A stretch of 64,000 bases of DNA, taken from contig RXKC01000009.1 of NCBI GenBank assembly GCA_003962975.1, positions 9,578 through 73,577 on the forward strand. The letters run 5' to 3'. The position numbers and the translations under genes are program-made. Below are positions 7,028-15,312 of the stretch, piece by piece. This DNA is from Candidatus Saccharimonadota bacterium (GTDB taxonomy: Bacteria > Patescibacteriota > Saccharimonadia > Saccharimonadales > AWTP1-31). Under the pieces are notes generated by a model. The model saw only the letters and a program-made list of their open reading frames with translations, ran no database searches and was not told the origin of the DNA. Position 1 is the stretch's first letter. Each line of letters starts with the position of its first letter.

Positions 7028-8088
7028 TGTCTAGTCTTGAGATCGAGATTCCGACCGAAGCAATTGGTATGTTGCCCATCGACCACGAGCAAGAGAGAAT
7101 ACGTGACTTCAGTCATGCGCTTAAAAGGCTGCAAGTAATTCGTCCTGCGGAAATCGATACTGATTTTACGGACGAAAGACCAGTACCTTTTGCCATAAAG
7201 CGATTCCTCGCTTTCGAACATGAAGACACCCTGACCTTTTATACTAATCCTGACGTGCTTGGAGCGCCCGTTGACAGGGTTCGCTTTTCACCAAGAATTT
7301 CTCGTGTTGGTAAGCAATCACGACATGGTGTCTTTTTCGGGGATTTGCAATTAGGCCCGGGGCTTCAGGTGCCGGTTGCAGTGAAGCCTCACCTGGATGA
7401 AGAAAGAGACAGTTGTCTCGATGAATATTTCAACACCTTGGCTATCACACAACTTGGGATGAGTACGTTAGTTGAACTTGGTTTCATTTATGGTGACCGC
7501 GAAGAAGATCCCGCATATAGCATTACTGTGCTGCAAGAAGGTTTGTCCACGCTCGACAGTGTCGACTGGTCTTCATTTTATCCTGACATTGAGGAGCATC
7601 CTGGCATGTTAGCGCTTTGGAAGGGAGCAGCATATCAGGCGGCCAAACTTCACGCTCCTGGCAACAGAAGCCATGGTGACCTCGCAGGCCGTAACGTCGG
7701 AGAAAAAGGCGGAGCTTTATCGGATCAAACAAGGGTCATCCTGCTCGATTGGGAGTCGGCAACTATTGGTGGACAGCCACCAAGAGACGCCGAAGTACGT
7801 TATTCCCATAGTCATAGCGACATTACCACCATCGTAGAATCGATGTGTCGCTCAACTGATGTTGATTTTCGGGCTGGTATTGGGGTATTTGCAGGTAAGT
7901 CTGGTGATTGGTGGCAGGGCTTCAGGGCAGTGTTCCTGGACAGCTATCTAGAACGACGCAGGCAAATTCTCGACCAAACCGCAGCTGATGCAGCAACCGT
8001 AAGAGATGTAAACGAAGAACTTGCAGAGCTCGAAAAATCACTTCAGCAAGATGTTGCCATGTATCAAGATCTAGCACTAGTCTCCTAA
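7027..8088 (+). CDS. Atypical kinase-fold protein (APH/choline-kinase-like phosphotransferase)
   Basis: VAVKP (beta3 Lys, 7381-7395), catalytic-loop-like HGDLAGRNV (7672-7698) and LLDWESA (7741-7761). The last resembles the IDFEYA/DFG-equivalent block of APH/ChoK-family kinases. Confidence 0.6.
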   Translation: MSSLEIEIPTEAIGMLPIDHEQERIRDFSHALKRLQVIRPAEIDTDFTDERPVPFAIKRFLAFEHEDTLTFYTNPDVLGAPVDRVRFSPRISRVGKQSRHGVFFGDLQLGPGLQVPVAVKPHLDEERDSCLDEYFNTLAITQLGMSTLVELGFIYGDREEDPAYSITVLQEGLSTLDSVDWSSFYPDIEEHPGMLALWKGAAYQAAKLHAPGNRSHGDLAGRNVGEKGGALSDQTRVILLDWESATIGGQPPRDAEVRYSHSHSDITTIVESMCRSTDVDFRAGIGVFAGKSGDWWQGFRAVFLDSYLERRRQILDQTAADAATVRDVNEELAELEKSLQQDVAMYQDLALVS

Positions 8089-8100
8089 TCAACAGAGCTA

Positions 8101-8130
8101 TTGACGACTATATTAGCACTCGGATATTAT
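8101..8130 (+). promoter_or_regulatory. groESL promoter (TTGACG, 18-nt spacer, TATTAT)
   Basis: TTGACG at 8101-8106 and TATTAT at 8125-8130. The -10 box lies inside the spacer of the first CIRCE operator. Confidence 0.5.
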
Positions 8131-8139
8131 GAGTGCTGA
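8113..8139. promoter_or_regulatory. CIRCE operator 1 (HrcA binding site)
   Basis: TTAGCACTC-ggatattat-GAGTGCTGA, against the consensus TTAGCACTC-N9-GAGTGCTAA (one mismatch). Confidence 0.9.
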
Positions 8140-8142
8140 AAG

Positions 8143-8169
8143 TTAGCACTCGGATATTCCCAGTGCTAA
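8143..8169. promoter_or_regulatory. CIRCE operator 2 (HrcA binding site)
   Basis: TTAGCACTC-ggatattcc-CAGTGCTAA, one mismatch to consensus, starting 3 nt after operator 1. Confidence 0.9.
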
Positions 8170-8200
8170 CGCTTATTTAGGTATTGAGGAAGGGGAAATT

Positions 8201-8464
8201 ATGAACATTCAACCAATGGCCGACTACATTGTGGTGCAAGCCGAAGAAGCCGTCAGCAAGACCGCCAGTGGACTTTATCTGCCAGGCAATGCCCAAGAAA
8301 AGCCAAAGACTGCCAAAGTTGTGGCAGTGGGTTCGGGTGTAGGCGAAGTCAAAGTGGGCGAACGCGTGATTTATAAAAATGAATACGAAGCGGTGAATGT
8401 AAAAGTAGGTAAAGAAGAATTTACCTTGGTGTACCGCGCTAATATTATCGCAACCGTTAAGTAG
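8201..8464 (+). CDS. groES: Co-chaperonin GroES
   Basis: 87 aa. The sequence MNIQPMADYIVV...ASGLYLP...KPKTAKVVAVG is canonical Cpn10. A strong SD (GAGGAAGGGG) lies upstream. Confidence 0.97.
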   Translation: MNIQPMADYIVVQAEEAVSKTASGLYLPGNAQEKPKTAKVVAVGSGVGEVKVGERVIYKNEYEAVNVKVGKEEFTLVYRANIIATVK

Positions 8465-8481
8465 GAGTCAGAGGAGTATAT

Positions 8482-10128
8482 ATGGCTAAGAAAGTTTTTT
8501 ATGATGATGACGCTCGTCGTCGCGTGCTAGGTGGAGCCCAAATTTTATATGATGCCGTAAAGACCACTATGGGTCCAAAAGGGCGAAACGTAGTCATCAG
8601 CAAAAGCTACGGTGGCGTAACTGTCACTCATGACGGTGTAACAGTAGCTAAGGGTGTGGACATTGCTGATGTCGACGATGAAACTTTGGGCTACAAAGTT
8701 GGCGCAGAGCTTATCAAGCAAGCTGCTAATAAGATGAACGATGTTGCCGGCGACGGTACAACCACAGTAACGGTACTCACCTATAATATTTTGAACGAAG
8801 CCAACAAGCTTATCGCTGCGGGCCACAACCCAATGCTTCTACGCAAAGGCCTAGAAGCCGCCGCCGCCGATGTGATCAAACAGCTTAACGGCATGGCAGA
8901 AGACATTAAAGGTAAGAAAAGCCGTGTGGCTGAAGTAGCCACCATTAGCGCTGGTGATGCCGAAATTGGTAACATGATCGCCGATATTATCGACAAAGTC
9001 GGCAAAGACGGTGTGGTGACTGTTGAAGAAGGCCAAGGCCTGTTGCTCGAAAGCGAAGTCGTAGAAGGTTTTACTATGGACCGCGGTTTCGTCAGTGCCT
9101 ACATGGTGACTGACACAACTCGTATGGAGGCTGTCTATGACAAGCCTGCCATTTTGGTTACTGACAAAAAGATCAGCTCTGTACAAGAATTCCTACCGGT
9201 GCTCGAAAAGCTTGCCCAAGCTGGCAAAAAAGACCTAGTTATCATTGCTGAAGATGTCGAAGGCGAGGCTCTCGGCACACTTATCCTGAACAAACTAAAA
9301 GGTGTCTTTAATACAGTAGCGGTAAAAGCACCAAGCTTTGGCGACAAACGAGCCGATCGTCTAGAAGATATTGCTATTCTGACCGGTGGACAGGTAATCA
9401 GTGAAGAGCAGGGCGGTAACTTCGAGGATGTCGAACTAGATATGCTTGGTAGTGCTCGTAAGGTTATTGTCACGAAAGACGAGACAACCATTATCGAGGG
9501 CGCTGGTAAAACAAGTGCAGTCAAAGCCCGCATTACGCAAATTAACGCACAGATCAAAGACTCTACTAGCGACTACGACCGAGATGACCGAGCTGCTCGA
9601 CGCGCTAGCCTCGAGGGTAAAGTGGCTGTCATTAAGGTTGGTGGTGCTACAGAGACCGAAATTGAAGAAAAGAAATTCCGTGTCGATGACGCGGTAGCTG
9701 CCACCAAGGCAGCACTAGACGAAGGTATCGTGCCTGGCGGTGGTGTGACACTTATAAATCTTGCCGGCCACATAAAAGTCACCGGACATGACTCGGCTGC
9801 AGCTGGCGCAACCTTGCTGCAGAATGCTCTTGAACAGCCATTTAAGATTTTGCTCAGCAATGCTGGCATTAACCCTGATGAGTGGTTGCCACAAGTTAAG
9901 AAAGCCAAGCTTGGCCAGGGTGTGAATGTAAACAACCCAGCTAAGCTCGTAGATCTAAAAGCAGCCGGTGTAGTTGACCCAGCTCGTGTTACTAAAGAAG
10001 CTATTCAAAACGCTGTCTCAATTGCCGGCACCAGCATGACCATGGGAGCACTAGTAGTTGATGTTCCTGAAAAAGAGGCTGCCGAAGCCGCCGGTGGTGG
10101 CATGCCAGGCGGCATGGGTATGATGTAA
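8482..10128 (+). CDS. groEL: Chaperonin GroEL
   Basis: 548 aa with AGDGTTTVTVL, GGVTLIN and a C-terminal GGMPGGMGMM tail. SD is AGAGGAG. Confidence 0.98.
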   Translation: MAKKVFYDDDARRRVLGGAQILYDAVKTTMGPKGRNVVISKSYGGVTVTHDGVTVAKGVDIADVDDETLGYKVGAELIKQAANKMNDVAGDGTTTVTVLTYNILNEANKLIAAGHNPMLLRKGLEAAAADVIKQLNGMAEDIKGKKSRVAEVATISAGDAEIGNMIADIIDKVGKDGVVTVEEGQGLLLESEVVEGFTMDRGFVSAYMVTDTTRMEAVYDKPAILVTDKKISSVQEFLPVLEKLAQAGKKDLVIIAEDVEGEALGTLILNKLKGVFNTVAVKAPSFGDKRADRLEDIAILTGGQVISEEQGGNFEDVELDMLGSARKVIVTKDETTIIEGAGKTSAVKARITQINAQIKDSTSDYDRDDRAARRASLEGKVAVIKVGGATETEIEEKKFRVDDAVAATKAALDEGIVPGGGVTLINLAGHIKVTGHDSAAAGATLLQNALEQPFKILLSNAGINPDEWLPQVKKAKLGQGVNVNNPAKLVDLKAAGVVDPARVTKEAIQNAVSIAGTSMTMGALVVDVPEKEAAEAAGGGMPGGMGMM

Positions 10129-10137
10129 GACGAACGC

Positions 10138-10158
10138 GGACCGGCTACAAGCCGGTCC
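10138..10158. terminator. Hairpin between convergent groEL and the 230-aa ORF (possible bidirectional terminator)
   Basis: 8-bp stem GGACCGGC / GCCGGTCC with a 5-nt loop. It has no clear U-tract and overlaps the last codons of the minus-strand ORF. Confidence 0.4.
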
Positions 10159-10837
10159 AGCCGTCTTCAGTTCGACGAGTAATTGCTCGAGAGAGGTGAT
10201 TCTCGAATACCTCATAAAAAGTGCTCACACTGACATCAATATCAGAGCTGACGCCTCGGTCGCGGTCAGCTGGATTAAAAATATCCTTAAATTGTTCTCG
10301 CACTAAGTAGTCAAAAAATCCTGCTACATCGGCCATGGCTGTTCCTTGAGATGCACTTAGAGATGCGTGGAGTTTTCTCCATGTTCCACGCCAGGCTGAT
10401 TCTTGCGCTTCCGCTAGATCATCAAAAAAATCACGACTGCGCTCAAGACTGGCAGCGCTATAGCCCTGCACGAAATTTACAAGCGTTGTTTCGCAGTCGT
10501 GCATAGCCCAGGCAGCCTCGGTGTATTCGGCCTCTGTAATGTCCGGATCTTCGTTCTTATCGGCTCGGCGAATTGTAGCTTTCATAAAATCACCGACGAA
10601 ACCTGAAGTGTCTACCATTTCACGAATCTCACCAACCATCTCGCCAAGCGTACTGTTGCGCAGAATAGCGTCAACCTGCGCAGCCTGGCGCTCGTACGCT
10701 TCATATGTCGAAACATGCGATGCGTATGTATCGCTGAGTGTCGTCAGGGCAAAATCAAGTTCAAAGGCGGCATCGGGGTGGTATAAGGAAGGGTCTATTT
10801 CGGGCACGAAAACTAGTATACAGCAAAAAGTAAGCAC
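10145..10837 (-). CDS. Hypothetical acidic protein (about 230 aa, start uncertain)
   Basis: Long ORF convergent with groEL. The track start is GTG and there is no ATG near the N-terminus. No recognised motifs. Confidence 0.5.
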   Translation of the reverse strand: MLTFCCILVFVPEIDPSLYHPDAAFELDFALTTLSDTYASHVSTYEAYERQAAQVDAILRNSTLGEMVGEIREMVDTSGFVGDFMKATIRRADKNEDPDITEAEYTEAAWAMHDCETTLVNFVQGYSAASLERSRDFFDDLAEAQESAWRGTWRKLHASLSASQGTAMADVAGFFDYLVREQFKDIFNPADRDRGVSSDIDVSVSTFYEVFENHLSRAITRRTEDGWTGL

Positions 10838-10907
10838 TAGCGTGATTTAATAGAATATTGCCTAATAATCTAAAATGTACTATTGTATAGCTAGTAAATG
10901 AGTTGGA

Positions 10908-11366
10908 GTGTCCATGAAGCTTTTTAATCGTAAGAAAACAAATTCGAATCTGCCACCAGAAGTACAAGCTTATTCACAGGCTGAGCGGCGTGAGCGTATG
11001 GGTATGGCCTGGCTCGTTGGGGGCATCTCCCTAGTTGTTACTGTGCTCGTAGTAGTTGGCCTCTTCTTTGGAGGACGTTGGGTATACCGCAAAGTAGCTC
11101 GTCAGGATAACAAGCCTACACCAGTGGTTACCGAGAACTCAAATAACGACACAAACAAGGACAAAAATGAGGGTGACCACTCTGATACAAACACTGGTGC
11201 AAATGATGCCGAAGGTGAGTCAGAGACTGAAACTCCGGCTACACCAGCCACTCCAGCGACACCTGCACAGCCAAACGGCGGAGCAAGCACTCCAACTCAA
11301 CAGCCTGCTACGGGTGATCAAGAAGTCGTTGAACTCCCAAGCACTGGCCCAAGCGAAGATCTGTAG
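10908..11366 (+). CDS. Hypothetical single-pass membrane protein with a disordered acidic/PAT-repeat ectodomain
   Basis: 152 aa with a basic N-terminus and a TM helix (WLVGGISLVVTVLVVVGLFFGG). A low-complexity tail contains TPATPATPATPA and ends ELPSTGPSEDL. SD-like GGAGTG lies upstream. Confidence 0.6.
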   Translation: MSMKLFNRKKTNSNLPPEVQAYSQAERRERMGMAWLVGGISLVVTVLVVVGLFFGGRWVYRKVARQDNKPTPVVTENSNNDTNKDKNEGDHSDTNTGANDAEGESETETPATPATPATPAQPNGGASTPTQQPATGDQEVVELPSTGPSEDL

Positions 11367-11384
11367 TTCTCTAATACTGAAAGC

Positions 11385-11411
11385 AAAACTCCCGGATTGA
11401 CCGGGAGTTTT
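11385..11411. terminator. Bidirectional Rho-independent terminator
   Basis: AAAACTCCCGG-attga-CCGGGAGTTTT is an 11-bp stem with an A-run on one side and a T-run on the other. It lies between convergent genes. Confidence 0.8.
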
Positions 11412-11432
11412 TAGTTTGCTGTGAAGTGTCGG

Positions 11433-12086
11433 CTAGGCTGCCGGTGGAGTTTGTTGCTTATTCTGAGTGAAGTAGTTAATTTCGTTCACAACATCGAGCA
11501 ACGCTTGAGCCTTAGCTTTCTCATCAGGAATAGCGTTGGCAGCGTCATACGCAGCCTGAATGAGACTCTGATCGTCGCTGGCTTGGATCATCATCATGGT
11601 TGTACGGAATTTTTCTTCCGGTGACTGGTCGAGCTGGCTCAGCAATGGCGATAAGCTTTGCAGGGCTTGTTGTTTTAGGGCAAGCAGGCCTGGGTCGGTT
11701 GATGAAGTATCAGATGAACTAGGCGCATCGGTTGCAGGGGATGACGCAGGGTCAATTGCCGGTAAACTGAGGTCAACTGCGGGTGTGGGTTCTGGTGCAA
11801 CTTCAGGAGCTGGATCAGATACTTCGCTTGTCGGTGCGACTACAGGATCAGGGTTAGGTAGGGTCGTTGTGTTAAAGCTGTCGGTGCTGCTCATGGCATC
11901 TACTGGTTCAATGGCTGGAGCTGTGAGGTCAGCGGTAGGAGCAACTGGCGCGGTTGAAGGTGCAGACACATCCATCGGAGGAGCAATCGCAGGGTCATTG
12001 ACTGGTGGTACTGCTGCAGTTACATCAACTGCAGGAGCAGCCGTGGTTGCAGCTACTGGTTGATTTTGATCATTCTGGTCGAACAT
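11433..12086 (-). CDS. Hypothetical Pro/Ala/Thr-rich protein with a helical C-terminal domain (217 aa)
   Basis: I trimmed the track ORF (to 12179) to the ATG at 12084-12086 (MFDQNDQ), which is preceded by GGGGTGGGA. The N-terminal two thirds is low-complexity (P, A, T, V, D). Confidence 0.6.
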   Translation of the reverse strand: MFDQNDQNQPVAATTAAPAVDVTAAVPPVNDPAIAPPMDVSAPSTAPVAPTADLTAPAIEPVDAMSSTDSFNTTTLPNPDPVVAPTSEVSDPAPEVAPEPTPAVDLSLPAIDPASSPATDAPSSSDTSSTDPGLLALKQQALQSLSPLLSQLDQSPEEKFRTTMMMIQASDDQSLIQAAYDAANAIPDEKAKAQALLDVVNEINYFTQNKQQTPPAA

Positions 12087-12197
12087 TCCCACCCCCGTTA
12101 GTATTATTTCCGTTACCTTCACTATACCATAAGCGTAAAGACCGCAAAACAGGAATAAATTGGTATCATAGAAACACAAACGCTAAGCGGAGGGTTT

Positions 12198-13244
12198 ATG
12201 CTAGACGATCTGAAATATATCCATGATAAGGATGCTGAGGATGCACTTGGCATTGCCGCCAAGCAGCCCGAACAGCTGTTACGAGATTTTGAAGTTAGTG
12301 ATTGGGCGCCCAAAGGACCGTTTCAGAATGTTGTCTATGCTGGTATGGGTGGCTCGGCGTTGGCTGCACTGCTAGGTACAGTCTGGCCAGGTTACACAGT
12401 TCCGTTTGAAGTATCGCGTGACTACCATATCCCCAGTTACGTTTCGAATAAGACACTTTTTATAGCCTGCAGCTACTCTGGTAACACCGAAGAAACCCTT
12501 TCAGCGTTGGCCGAAGCGGAAAAGGCGAAGGCTACTATTGTGATCATTGCTGGTGGTGGCAAGCTACAAGAGCGCGCTAAGAAAAAAGGTCACCACTTTG
12601 TGCTTCTACCCAAAGCGGCACAACCACGCTACGCAGTTTTCTATAACCTCAAAGCTAATTTGCAAGTTATGGCGAAGGCCGGAGTCTTGCGGGAAAAGGT
12701 TACTGAAAAAGAGCTAAAAGCAGCTGCAAAACACCTCGAAGATAGTACTAAAAACTTATTGCCCACAGTGCCAACAAAACAAAATCCTGCCAAACGGCTT
12801 GCCCAGGAAATAGCAGGCAAAAGTCTGGTTGTTTATGCTGGCTCTAGTCTGGCGCCGGCCGCATATAAATGGAAAATTAGTGCTAACGAAAATGCAAAAA
12901 ATGTTGCCTGGGCTGGCTATATACCAGAGTTTAATCACAACGAGTTTATTGGCTGGAGTTCACATCCGCACAACAAACCCTACGCAGTTGTAGATTTGCG
13001 TTCCAGCTTTGATCACCCTCGGGTTCAGCAGCGCTTTGAACTAAGTGCCAAGCTATTGTCTGGCAAACGACCGGAGCCGCACGTCATACAAGCCGAGGGT
13101 AAGACGCTGCTTGAACAACTATTATGGACAGTCCTTATGGGTGACTTTACGACCCTATATCTAGGGCTTTTGAACGGTTTGAACCCGGCTCCCGTAGAAC
13201 TGGTCGAAAGGCTCAAAAAAGAGCTTGGCCCTCATGACAACTAG
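12198..13244 (+). CDS. SIS-domain sugar isomerase, bifunctional phosphoglucose/phosphomannose isomerase type
   Basis: GMGGSALAA and CSYSGNTEET SIS motifs. The size and C-terminal region fit the archaeal/CPR-type PGI/PMI family. Confidence 0.75.
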   Translation: MLDDLKYIHDKDAEDALGIAAKQPEQLLRDFEVSDWAPKGPFQNVVYAGMGGSALAALLGTVWPGYTVPFEVSRDYHIPSYVSNKTLFIACSYSGNTEETLSALAEAEKAKATIVIIAGGGKLQERAKKKGHHFVLLPKAAQPRYAVFYNLKANLQVMAKAGVLREKVTEKELKAAAKHLEDSTKNLLPTVPTKQNPAKRLAQEIAGKSLVVYAGSSLAPAAYKWKISANENAKNVAWAGYIPEFNHNEFIGWSSHPHNKPYAVVDLRSSFDHPRVQQRFELSAKLLSGKRPEPHVIQAEGKTLLEQLLWTVLMGDFTTLYLGLLNGLNPAPVELVERLKKELGPHDN

Positions 13245-14004
13245 TTGGGCAGTAGTGACTGGTGCCAGTGGTGGAATTGGTGCGGCATTTGCGCAGCAAT
13301 TCGCAGCTAATGGCATAAACGTCGTGCTGGTTGCGCGCAATAGAAAACAACTCAATACCGTTGCGCAGAATCTACAAGAGCAGGGGGTTAAGACCGAGAT
13401 TTTTGTTGCAGATTTATCTGATCCGGGTCAACCCCAGAAGTTACACCAGTTCGTGCAAAGTAAAAAGATTACGCCTCTGTACCTGGTAAATAATGCAGGA
13501 TTTGGTGATTACGGCCTACTCACAAAAGCAGATCCACAGAAACTTCAAAACATGCTGCAGCTCAATGTTGCGGCGCTTACGAGCCTGGCTCATTACTTTG
13601 GAAAAGAGATGCAAAAGCGAAATAATGGCTATATCGTAAACGTGGCCAGCACAGCTGCTTTCTTTCCAGGCCCCTATATGGCGACTTATTATGCCAGTAA
13701 GTCCTATGTGCTCAGTCTGAGTGTGGCTTTGAATGAAGAACTACGCTCAAGCGGGGTGTCTGTTACGGCACTGTGTCCTGGACCAACCGAATCAAACTTT
13801 GCTGTTGCCGCTGCTGCAGAGCGTACTAATATATTTGCCGGCAAGCTGCCTAGCTCGGAATCTGTGGCTGCTTTTGGCTATAGGGCCATGTTGGCACGCC
13901 GTCCTGTTGCTGTGCACGGTTGGCGCAATCGGCTTGTAACAGCACTGGCAGGTTTGTTGCCGCGACCTCAGGCAGCCAAAATTGTCCGTCGTATCCAGGC
14001 ATAG
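13234..14004 (+). CDS. Short-chain dehydrogenase/reductase (SDR) family oxidoreductase
   Basis: TGASGGIG cofactor motif, NNAG, and the YxxxK catalytic motif (YYASK). The start may be 13225 or 13234; either overlaps the upstream stop. Confidence 0.88.
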   Translation: MTTSWAVVTGASGGIGAAFAQQFAANGINVVLVARNRKQLNTVAQNLQEQGVKTEIFVADLSDPGQPQKLHQFVQSKKITPLYLVNNAGFGDYGLLTKADPQKLQNMLQLNVAALTSLAHYFGKEMQKRNNGYIVNVASTAAFFPGPYMATYYASKSYVLSLSVALNEELRSSGVSVTALCPGPTESNFAVAAAAERTNIFAGKLPSSESVAAFGYRAMLARRPVAVHGWRNRLVTALAGLLPRPQAAKIVRRIQA

Positions 14005-14057
14005 TTCTGGCTTGGGTCGGCATAGTACAATATGCTGCAGAAGGACAGGTGCTATAA

Positions 14058-14795
14058 ATGAAACCTAGTGTTACGCAACAAGATATTACTGGACTGGGCA
14101 CAATTTTATGCGTGGGTGCGCACCCAGATGATGAGACTTTTATGGCAGGTGGCCTGCTGGCTGCAGCAGCAGCTAACGGGCAAACGGTTATATGTGTAAC
14201 GGCAACCAAAGGTGAGGCTGGCTCGCAAGATCCTGTTAAATACCCGGTTGAGCGCATGGGCGAGGTGCGTACCGAGGAACTCGCAGCTGCGCTAAAAATT
14301 CTTGGTGTGCAAGAGCATCACTGGCTCGGGTACCTAGACGGCGAATGCACGCAGGTTGATCCGGGTGAGGCTACTCTCCGCTTACAACAAATCATCGAAA
14401 AATATCAGCCGAACACTGTACTAACTTTTGGCTCAGATGGACTGACCGGACACCCCGATCATCAAGCAGTGTCTTCATGGGTAACGACTGCGTTAGGCCA
14501 AAGTGAACTATCTCCTGAACTCTTCTATGCTGTTCTGACAACTGATCAATATCAGAAGTACCTACAGACAATCCATACCAGTCTGAACTTCTTTTATAAC
14601 ATTAAGCAACCGCCAGTTTATGCCGACCAAGACTGCGGCATTCTATTTACTAGTAATGACCAGCAATGTGCCAAAAAACAAGCAGCTTTTGCTGCCATGC
14701 CGTCGCAGTACAGTGCTATGTTTGCAGCTTTTGATGAAAGCTTTCTGACCGAAGCTTTTCGGGTTGAGGCCTTTGTTCGGGCTGATTCTAAATAG
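14058..14795 (+). CDS. PIG-L/LmbE family N-acetylglucosaminyl deacetylase
   Basis: GAHPDDETF and HPDH zinc-binding motifs of the PIG-L family. Confidence 0.85.
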   Translation: MKPSVTQQDITGLGTILCVGAHPDDETFMAGGLLAAAAANGQTVICVTATKGEAGSQDPVKYPVERMGEVRTEELAAALKILGVQEHHWLGYLDGECTQVDPGEATLRLQQIIEKYQPNTVLTFGSDGLTGHPDHQAVSSWVTTALGQSELSPELFYAVLTTDQYQKYLQTIHTSLNFFYNIKQPPVYADQDCGILFTSNDQQCAKKQAAFAAMPSQYSAMFAAFDESFLTEAFRVEAFVRADSK

Positions 14796-15312
14796 GTTTG
14801 TCTTTAAAACCGAGCAGGTAGCCAAAATAACTGACGACAAAGTGTAGGCCCAAGAAGGTGACCACAACTACGGCATACTCAGCCAGGCTGAAGCGAATAA
14901 AAGGCAGGCTAAAGAGGATTGCCCCAACTACATAATCCAGCTGGTCAAACCCCAGCCATGCATTACCCGACGCAATACCACGCTGTCGCTTAAAGAAGCT
15001 CTCGATAGCATCGCCCAGGAGGGCACCAAAGCCAATGCTGCTGCCTATCAAGAAGTGTTCAATATCTGTGCCTGTGTCACCGCCAATATGGGGGAACAAA
15101 AGCCATGCACTGACGCCACCGATTAGAGTACCAAAGACTAGACCACGCCAGGTTTTGTTTTTACCCAGAGCTCGCTTGCCACGGACTGTGTTGCCAAAGT
15201 CTATCGGAGTTTTCCAACGATTAAGTAAGGGGATCTTATTGGCAATCGGCGGGGCGGCGTTTGCAAAACCGGCCGGCAAAAAGAACAGCAAAGCAAAAAG
15301 AAAGTGATTCAT
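14788..15312 (-). CDS. CarS-like (DUF46) CTP-dependent membrane cytidylyltransferase homologue
   Basis: 174 aa and polytopic. LPAGFANAAPPIANKIP...PIDFGNTVRGKRALGKNKTWRGLVFG matches my recollection of the CDP-archaeol synthase (CarS) family core. Its start overlaps the upstream gene by 4 nt (ATGA). Confidence 0.65.
   Translation of the reverse strand: MNHFLFALLFFLPAGFANAAPPIANKIPLLNRWKTPIDFGNTVRGKRALGKNKTWRGLVFGTLIGGVSAWLLFPHIGGDTGTDIEHFLIGSSIGFGALLGDAIESFFKRQRGIASGNAWLGFDQLDYVVGAILFSLPFIRFSLAEYAVVVVTFLGLHFVVSYFGYLLGFKDKPI

Noticed and set aside
11220-11270. Short tandem repeats (ACACCAGC/CACTCCAGC units encoding TPATPATPATPA) considered as a possible CRISPR or satellite.
   Set aside because: These are only about three imperfect 9-nt units, with no spacers. 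They are in frame within a CDS, so this is coding low complexity.
11334-11348. LPSTG (LPXTG-like sortase motif) five residues from the C-terminus of the 152-aa membrane protein.
   Set aside because: A canonical sorting signal needs a hydrophobic segment and a basic tail after LPXTG. Here only PSEDL follows, and no sortase gene is in the window. It is most likely a chance match in a low-complexity tail.
11433-12179. Extended N-termini proposed by the ORF track: 11433-12179, 3862, 36871-37212, 37043, 37930, 44290, 50050, 19784 and 38951-39325.
   Set aside because: In each case the extension overlaps a neighbouring gene or promoter, uses a non-ATG start, or adds non-homologous residues before a canonical N-terminus (for example MPELPEVETV of Fpg and MPIIKSAKKR of S20). 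Internal ATGs with SD or -10 context were preferred.
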